Assembly: GCA_039028615.1 (NCBI GenBank)
Contig: JBCCHT010000018.1
Coordinates: 64,001-128,000, forward strand
Length of the DNA stretch: 64,000 nucleotides
Source: Myxococcota bacterium
Lineage (GTDB): Bacteria > Myxococcota_A > Polyangia > Nannocystales > Nannocystaceae
Reading direction: 5' to 3'
The notes under the pieces are model-generated. The model was not told the DNA's origin, ran no database searches, and saw nothing but the letters and a program-made list of their open reading frames with translations. This document shows positions 58,030 through 64,000 of this stretch, piece by piece. Position numbers and translations under genes: made by a program. Every line of letters starts with the position of its first letter. Position 1 is the first letter of the stretch.

Positions 58030-59040
58030 ATGAAGACTCAGATCACGTTCATTGCCGCCCTCGCCGCCCTCGCCGGAGCCTGTGACCAGGGAGACGCCGA
58101 GCCCCAGGCCGTCTCGATCGAGGACGTCGCCGAGCACCGCTCGGCCGAGCTGCCCGCCAACGTCAAGGACACCGACGACTACTTCATCGCCCGCCAGGAC
58201 ATGCGGCGCTGCGCCTACCCGGCCTGCGGCGGCTACTTCCTCGACGCCGTCAACTACAACCTGATGGTCTGCCCCGACGGCAGCGTCGACAGCGAGTGCT
58301 ACGTCTCCGACCTCGACACCCCGGTGGGCATCACCGTCGAGACCGGCGACCTGGTGCACGGCTGGTTCGGCACCCACGACGTCAACGGCTCCACCTGGGC
58401 CAACTTCGAGTCGGACTTCGTCTACGAGTCCACCGCGGAGGAGCCCTGGCCCGTCGGCGGTCACGACCTCATCTACAACACGGGCGTTGTCTGCGTGACC
58501 ACGCCGTGCCCGAGCCAGGCCCTGGCGCACCTCAACCACGACTGGACCCTCAACGACTTCGGGTTCTTCTTCTGGGGCAACGACGCCGCCGAGGACCAGC
58601 TGCTCGAGGACGCTTTCTGGGCCGAGTACGGCGCCGACACCAGCGAGGCCGGCGGCGGCGCGCTGACCTTCGGTGACTTCTGGATCATCTTCGGCAACGT
58701 CTTCTACTCGGTCTACGACGTCTACACGCTGAAGGTCGCCGACGCCCCCGTGTGCGTCGTGCACGATCTCGACAACACCGCCACCGCCTGGACCTTCGCC
58801 AGCGAGGCCGCGGCTCAGGATCTCATCGCCGCCCTCGAGGGCACCGTCACCATCTACGACGGCACCTGCGGCGAGCAGCTCCTGTTCTGCCCCGCCGTCT
58901 ACATGCCGGTCAACGGTGAGATCGACGCCAACGGCAACGTCTGCGAAGACCACGGCAACGCCTGCGAGTTCCGCTCCGCCGTGATCAACGCGGCCGGCGA
59001 CTCCAAGGCCTCGGGCGAGTACTCCGACGGCCCCTGCTGA
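58030..59040 (+). CDS. Cys-rich acidic lipoprotein (DUF6748-like N-domain plus Kazal-like tail)
   Basis: Lipobox LAGAC; 'RQDMRRCAYPACGGYFL', 'CVTTPCP', 'CPAVYMPV..NACE'; extreme C-ending codon bias. Confidence 0.75.
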   Translation: MKTQITFIAALAALAGACDQGDAEPQAVSIEDVAEHRSAELPANVKDTDDYFIARQDMRRCAYPACGGYFLDAVNYNLMVCPDGSVDSECYVSDLDTPVGITVETGDLVHGWFGTHDVNGSTWANFESDFVYESTAEEPWPVGGHDLIYNTGVVCVTTPCPSQALAHLNHDWTLNDFGFFFWGNDAAEDQLLEDAFWAEYGADTSEAGGGALTFGDFWIIFGNVFYSVYDVYTLKVADAPVCVVHDLDNTATAWTFASEAAAQDLIAALEGTVTIYDGTCGEQLLFCPAVYMPVNGEIDANGNVCEDHGNACEFRSAVINAAGDSKASGEYSDGPC

Positions 59041-59076
59041 TTCCTTTTCTTTGCCTCGTTTCGTCCCATCCCAAAT

Positions 59077-59146
59077 GTGCGACCCGTGACCCCTGCGGGT
59101 CGCACCGCGGCGGCCGCCTCTCTCGAGAGGCGGCCGTTGTCGTTTC
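59077..59146. terminator. Double hairpin/likely bidirectional terminator between convergent genes
   Basis: gtgcgacccgt..gcgggtcgcac and cggccgcctct-ctcg-agaggcggccg followed by ttgtcgttt. Confidence 0.6.
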
Positions 59147-59157
59147 GAACGCGGGAC

Positions 59158-60753
59158 TCAGCGCTTACGCTGCTTGTTCGGTCGCAGCCGCGGCACCATG
59201 GGGCGCGTGAGCGCAAAGGCCAGCAGCACGAGGTCGTCGTCGATGATCCGCGGGTAGGCGTGGATGTCGACGGGGTGTGTCAGCGAGACCCAGCTCCCGC
59301 GCCCGGGCAGCTTGCCGTCGAGCGCCTGGGCCAAGGCGGTGGGCGTGGCGGTGGTGACCCACAGCCAGGTGGCGGCGGCGGGCTGCACGACCTGGAGATA
59401 GAGCTTCTCGAGGACGTTGGGCGTCGAGGCTCGCCACGCGGCCAGCACGAGGAAGACGGCGATCGCGACGAGGTCGACCACCAGGGAGCCGGACACCAGC
59501 AGCACGAGGCTGACGGTGAGCACGGCGAGGATCGGCAGGGCCTGCTTCCATCGCACGGCGCGATGGGTGCGGATGGAGTGCATGACCGCGGTGGCGGCTT
59601 CGTCGAGGGTGGGCCGATAGTCGGCGGGCAGGCCCTCGCCCAGGACCTTGCCGTAGTGCGTGGCCCAGCGCTCGGCCATGGCGACGAACAGGGTGACGAT
59701 GCCCGGGGCCACGCGGGCAGCCTGCTGCAGGGCGGCGAGGAAGCTGGGCGCATGGGTCGACGCGCGCTTGCCCAGGCGTAGACCGAGCTCGGCCTCGGAC
59801 ACGGCACGCAGGCTGGAGCCCATGGCGACGAAGCGCTCGAGCTCGGGCCACTCCCGCACGGCGTGACGCCAGCCGGGGAGCTCGTCGAGCAGGGTACGGC
59901 GGTGCAGCAGCGCGCCGTCGCGGTACTCGGTGTCGTGCTCGGCGATGAGGTCCCCGTAGCGATCGCTGAGCTTTTGGAACTGTCGCGGGGCGGTCCAGAC
60001 CACGGCACAGCTGACCTCCAGCAACAGCGTGGCGAACAAGGGCTCGCCCGCGAGGCGATCGGTGTCGGTGGCCAGCAGCAAGTCGGCCGCTTCGGCTTCG
60101 CGATCCTCGTCGAGGGCTTCGTGCACCGCACACGCGAGGTCGACGACCTGCTCGCCCACGGAAGGCTCGGCGGGGGGGCGGTCTTCGTCGTAGAGAGGAT
60201 GGTCCTGGCCACCGAAGTCGCCGCCGGGGGTCTCCATCTCGAACTCACCCGCGACGGCGTCTTGCGTTGCCACCGAGCCCGGGTTCATGTCGCGCCACGG
60301 GTCGGCATCGAGATCGGCGACGGGCGGCTCGCCGGGCGTTCGCTCGGGCGGCGGGCTCTGGACGGGCGTGCTCGGTTCGAGGGGGGCCGCGGCTTCGTCT
60401 GCAGGGGCCGGCTCGGCGTTCGCGTTCGCTGGTTCACTGGCCTCGGCGGGGGTCTGCTCGTCAGAGCTGGCCTCGCCTTCGGCGTCCGCCTCGGCTTCGG
60501 CGGTGTCGGCTACCGCCTGCCGGATCACGTCGCCGGCCTGACGCCACGCATCGAACCATGCCTCTCGCTCCCGCAGCCGATCGTAAGCCTCGCGGATGCG
60601 CCGGAACTCGGCCGGGTGCCGATCGGGCTTGTAGATCTTGATCCTCCGCAGATAGGCGCGGCGGATCTGCTCGGTCTTGGCCCCGGGCCGTACGTCGAGC
60701 AGGACGTACGGATCGTCCGACTCCGGCAGCGGATTGGGCGGCGGGCGGCTCAT
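59158..60753 (-). CDS. J-domain co-chaperone with C-terminal TM segments
   Basis: 'DPYVLLDV..IRRAYLRRIKIYKPDRHPAEFRRIREAYD' (KPD rather than HPD); ATGA overlap with the Hsp70 stop. Confidence 0.8.
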   Translation of the reverse strand: MSRPPPNPLPESDDPYVLLDVRPGAKTEQIRRAYLRRIKIYKPDRHPAEFRRIREAYDRLREREAWFDAWRQAGDVIRQAVADTAEAEADAEGEASSDEQTPAEASEPANANAEPAPADEAAAPLEPSTPVQSPPPERTPGEPPVADLDADPWRDMNPGSVATQDAVAGEFEMETPGGDFGGQDHPLYDEDRPPAEPSVGEQVVDLACAVHEALDEDREAEAADLLLATDTDRLAGEPLFATLLLEVSCAVVWTAPRQFQKLSDRYGDLIAEHDTEYRDGALLHRRTLLDELPGWRHAVREWPELERFVAMGSSLRAVSEAELGLRLGKRASTHAPSFLAALQQAARVAPGIVTLFVAMAERWATHYGKVLGEGLPADYRPTLDEAATAVMHSIRTHRAVRWKQALPILAVLTVSLVLLVSGSLVVDLVAIAVFLVLAAWRASTPNVLEKLYLQVVQPAAATWLWVTTATPTALAQALDGKLPGRGSWVSLTHPVDIHAYPRIIDDDLVLLAFALTRPMVPRLRPNKQRKR

Positions 60754-62477
60754 CCTTTGAACCGGTCGATCACGGCCAACAGCTCGCCGCGCGCGGTGGC
60801 GATGTTGGCCGGGTCTTGTTCTTCGAGGGCGAGACGGAAGATCCGCATGGCGGCACCCAGGCGCTCACGGGCGGGCCCTCGCAGCTCGGTGTAGAGGCTC
60901 TCGGCGCGGGCGAGGGCCGTGGTGTTGGGCAGGGCCTCGCGCGGGTGGAACTTGAGCTTCTCGAGCGCCTGACGGGCGGTGGTGACCTGCTCGGGGCTCA
61001 TGCGACCGGGCGAGCGCTGGATGAGCAGAGTGGAGGTCTCGCTCGTCGACACGATGGTCATGTCGACCTCGAGGATGCCGTTGAGGTCGTAGGTGAACCG
61101 AACGTCGATGGCCTCGTCGCCCGCGGTGCCGGCGGGGATGCCCTGCAGGGAGTACTCGCCGAGCTTGGTGTTGTCGCGGCACAGCGAGTGCTCGCCCTGG
61201 AACACCTCGACGCGGATCTGGGTCTGGCCGTCGGCCGCGGTCACGAAGCGCTCGACTCGACTGGCGGGCAGCACGGTGCCGCGCTCGAGGATGGGCGAGA
61301 ACACGTCGTCGAGGCGCCGACGCCCGTGGCTCTCGACGGTGGAGACGCCGAGCGAGAACGGGGCCACGTCGGTGGCGACCATGTCGTCGAGCTGCTCGTC
61401 GCCGGCCTTGAGCGCGACCTGAACCGCGGCCCCCTGCGCGACGGCTTCGTCGGGCGAGATGTTGCGCAGGGCCTCGCGACCGAAGAGGGACTTGGCGAGT
61501 TCACCGATGACCGGCATGCGGGTGGCCCCGCCGACGAGCACGACCTCGTCGATTTGGCCGGGCTCGAGATCGGCGTCGCGCAGCGCCCGGCGAATGGGCG
61601 GGTGCAGGCGCTGGAGCAGCGGCTGCCACAGCTCGCGGGCCTCGTCGAGACCGAGGCTGAGCATCAGCGGCGCGGTGGGGCGATGCGGACCCGGGCGCGG
61701 CACTTCGAGCTGCACGGTGTCCGTCTTGGACAGCGCGCACTTGGCCTTTTCGCACGACTCCCAAAAGCGGGCCCGGGCGTGCAGCACGGCGCGGGGATCG
61801 ACGTCCCATTGCTCCTTGGCGCGCGCGGCCAGGCCTTCGAACAAGCACTCGACGAAGTCTTCGCCGCCCAGCTGGGCATCGCCGGCCGAGGCCTGGATCT
61901 CGATGACGCCCTCGATGATCTCGAGCACGCTGACGTCGAAGGTACCGCCGCCCAGATCGAGCACCGCGATTCGACACTCGCGGTCGCGGTGCTGGAGCCC
62001 GTAGGCCAGGGCGGCGGCGGTGGGCTCGTTGATGAGTCGCTCGACGTTGAGCCCCGCGATCTCGCACGCGTCGCGGGTGGCCCGGCGCTGCAGCTCGCCG
62101 AAGTACGCGGGCACGGTGACCACCGCCTCTTCGACCGGCAGGCCCAGGGCCGCCTCGGCATCGCGCTTGAGCTGGCGCAGGACCAGGGCGGACAGCTCCT
62201 CGGGCCGAAACGCCTGGTTGCCGTAGCGGAACACCCGGTCGGTGCCCATGTCGCGCTTGAAGTTGCGGAAGGTTCGGTCGGGATGGGTCAGGGCTCGGGC
62301 CCGCGCCGAGGCGCCGACCAGGATCGTCCCGTCGTCGTCGATGCTGATCGCACTCGGGGTCTGCCGCTCGCCGAGGCCGTTGGGCAAGATCTCCGCCTGG
62401 CCTTCGCGGAGAACACCGACCAGCGAGTTCGTGGTCCCCAAGTCGATTCCGATGCGCGCACCCGTCAAATCGTCCAA
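60750..62477 (-). CDS. hscC: Hsp70-family chaperone, HscC-like
   Basis: 'IGIDLGTTNS', 'FKRDMGT', 'TVPAYF', 'INEPTAAA', 'DLGGGTFDVS', 'RFTYDLNGILEV', short C-terminus 'LKFHPRE'. Start approximate. Confidence 0.82.
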   Translation of the reverse strand: MDDLTGARIGIDLGTTNSLVGVLREGQAEILPNGLGERQTPSAISIDDDGTILVGASARARALTHPDRTFRNFKRDMGTDRVFRYGNQAFRPEELSALVLRQLKRDAEAALGLPVEEAVVTVPAYFGELQRRATRDACEIAGLNVERLINEPTAAALAYGLQHRDRECRIAVLDLGGGTFDVSVLEIIEGVIEIQASAGDAQLGGEDFVECLFEGLAARAKEQWDVDPRAVLHARARFWESCEKAKCALSKTDTVQLEVPRPGPHRPTAPLMLSLGLDEARELWQPLLQRLHPPIRRALRDADLEPGQIDEVVLVGGATRMPVIGELAKSLFGREALRNISPDEAVAQGAAVQVALKAGDEQLDDMVATDVAPFSLGVSTVESHGRRRLDDVFSPILERGTVLPASRVERFVTAADGQTQIRVEVFQGEHSLCRDNTKLGEYSLQGIPAGTAGDEAIDVRFTYDLNGILEVDMTIVSTSETSTLLIQRSPGRMSPEQVTTARQALEKLKFHPREALPNTTALARAESLYTELRGPARERLGAAMRIFRLALEEQDPANIATARGELLAVIDRFKG

Positions 62478-62649
62478 AGCGTAGCATCGCGCGCGGGTCG
62501 GCTCGAAGCACACGCGGACCCGCGTCGAACGGCCCGCTGGTTCAAAGGGCCTGAGTGCAGCCGGATGCCGCCTTGGTACGCCGATCGTTCGGGTTTTTCG
62601 TGGCCGCGAGTTGGCCGGGTCCGCATCGACCGACTATCGTCGGGCAACC

Positions 62650-63450
62650 GTGACGCGGGCCACGCTTCGTTACACGATCGACAACGGGATCAAGCCAGTC
62701 AACAAGACGGTGGGTCCGGGAGGGCGGCTTCGCGAGCGCAGCGGGGGCCTCGAGGACGACCACGAGGTCGAGGTCGCCGACGGACGCGCGGCGGCGGACT
62801 CGCTGGTCCTCGACCGCGAGGGGTTCGAGCTGGTCTCCCATCCGACGGCGGTGTCCGACTTCTGGGACGAGCCCGCCCGCCGTGCCGTCTACGACGCGGA
62901 GGTCGAGCGGCTCGTCGCCGATCGAACCGGAGCCTCGCGCGTCGTGGTCTTCGATCACACCGTGCGCTCCACCGACCCCTCCAAGCACGAGGCTCACCAC
63001 GCGCGCGAGCCGGTGCAGTTGATCCACAACGACTACACGGAGTGGTCGGGACCGCAGCGCGTTCGCGATGTGCTGCCGGACGAAGCGGAGGCTCTGCTCT
63101 CACGTCGCTTCGCCATCGTGCAGGTGTGGCGACCGACGGGGCCGCCCATCGAGCAGTTTCCCCTGGCGCTGTGCGACGCGCGGTCGCTCGACGCCGCCGA
63201 TCTCATCGCGGCCGAGCGACGCCATCCCAACCGCGTCGGCGAGATCTATCAAGTGTCGTACTCACCGCGTCATCGCTGGTACGGCTTCGCGGGCATGCGG
63301 CGCGACGAGGCGCTGGTGTTCAAGGTGTTCGACTCGCGTCGCGACGTCGCCCGGTTCACGGCGCACACCTCGTACGCCGACCCGAGCACTCCGGCGGAGC
63401 CTGCCCCGCGCGAGAGCATCGAGGTACGCACCCTGGCGTTCTTCGACTGA
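62650..63450 (+). CDS. CmcJ/NvfI-family oxidoreductase
   Basis: 'LDREGFEL', 'VVVFDHTVR', 'HNDYT', 'VWRP', 'PLALCDARS', 'HTSY.DP', 'RESIEVR'. Confidence 0.8.
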   Translation: MTRATLRYTIDNGIKPVNKTVGPGGRLRERSGGLEDDHEVEVADGRAAADSLVLDREGFELVSHPTAVSDFWDEPARRAVYDAEVERLVADRTGASRVVVFDHTVRSTDPSKHEAHHAREPVQLIHNDYTEWSGPQRVRDVLPDEAEALLSRRFAIVQVWRPTGPPIEQFPLALCDARSLDAADLIAAERRHPNRVGEIYQVSYSPRHRWYGFAGMRRDEALVFKVFDSRRDVARFTAHTSYADPSTPAEPAPRESIEVRTLAFFD

Positions 63451-63604
63451 TCACCGCCTTAGCTCACGTCTGCGGGGCGATCCCGCCCGCCGCTGGATCC
63501 GCGAGTTCAGCCTCCAATCACCCTGTAGCTGGCTCCTGAGCCCATTTTTGGCGCGGTCTTGCCAAGCCTCCGGGGCTGGTCTAGGGATCGCCCCCCAACA
63601 ACCC

Positions 63605-63650
63605 CTCCTTGCTCCCGCCTGCGTGCGGGGGCCCACCAGTCCGAAAGGAG
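63605..63650 (+). promoter_or_regulatory. S6:S18 ribosomal-protein leader (rpsF 5'UTR)
   Basis: CUCCUU (63605-63610) pairs with SD AAGGAG (63645-63650); upper stem GCUCCCGC/GCGGGGGC; unpaired CCG just 5' of the SD. Confidence 0.72.
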
Positions 63651-63655
63651 TGCCC

Positions 63656-64000
63656 ATGGCCGAAGCAACTGCTAAGGGCGTCGTGCGCTCGGTATCCTCC
63701 AAGCAGGGAACCCAGCGCGAGTACGAGTCCGTCATCATCCTCCGTCCTTCCACCGGCAAGCCCGAGATCAGCCAGCTCATCGAGCGGATCCAGGGCATGT
63801 TCGGCGACTTCAGTGGTCGCCTGATCAAGATCGACAGCTGGGGCACGCGCATGCTCGCGTTCCCGGTCCGCCACGAGCGCAAGGGCATCTACCTGTACTG
63901 GCGCTTCCTGGGCGGCTCCGACATCGTCGCCGAGTTCGAGCGTCTGATGGGTCTGTCCGACAAGGTCATGCGCTGCTACACGATCAAGATCGACGAGGAC
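63656..64000 (+). CDS. rpsF: 30S ribosomal protein S6 (runs off the window end; absent from the ORF track)
   Basis: Translates MAEATAK...QREYESVIILRP...IDSWGTRMLAFPVRHERKGIY...EFERLMGLSDKVMR; strong SD. Confidence 0.93.
   Translation, partial: MAEATAKGVVRSVSSKQGTQREYESVIILRPSTGKPEISQLIERIQGMFGDFSGRLIKIDSWGTRMLAFPVRHERKGIYLYWRFLGGSDIVAEFERLMGLSDKVMRCYTIKIDED

Overview
High-GC bacterial chromosome segment, almost certainly from a myxobacterium (mglBA, eukaryote-like Ser/Thr kinases, many lipoproteins; a Nannocystis/Plesiocystis-like relative is an inference). Core genes are dnaX-(inserted lipoprotein)-ybaB-recR-mglB-mglA, rnhB and a partial rpsF with its S6:S18 leader. Accessory content: a reverse-ordered stressosome-type module (RsbT-RsbT-RsbX-RsbS-RsbR), two Ser/Thr kinases, an acetoacetate-decarboxylase-like/FAD-oxidoreductase fusion, four LysR divergons, a lipoprotein haloalkane-dehalogenase homologue, an ECF sigma/anti-sigma pair, a TPR-dynamin fusion, a sigma54 activator, an MFS-acyltransferase fusion and an HscC/J-domain pair. 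The strongest non-coding signal is a candidate sigma54-dependent sRNA of about 165 nt on the minus strand (~41370-41533). It has a -24/-12 promoter, three upstream palindromic boxes, two identical UCCCCC loops and an intrinsic terminator. A nested 359-bp/88-bp palindromic repeat (46887-47755) sits in a zone of strand-biased C depletion. All calls are by eye from motifs; no database searches were run, and many start codons were re-chosen from the ORF track and are approximate.
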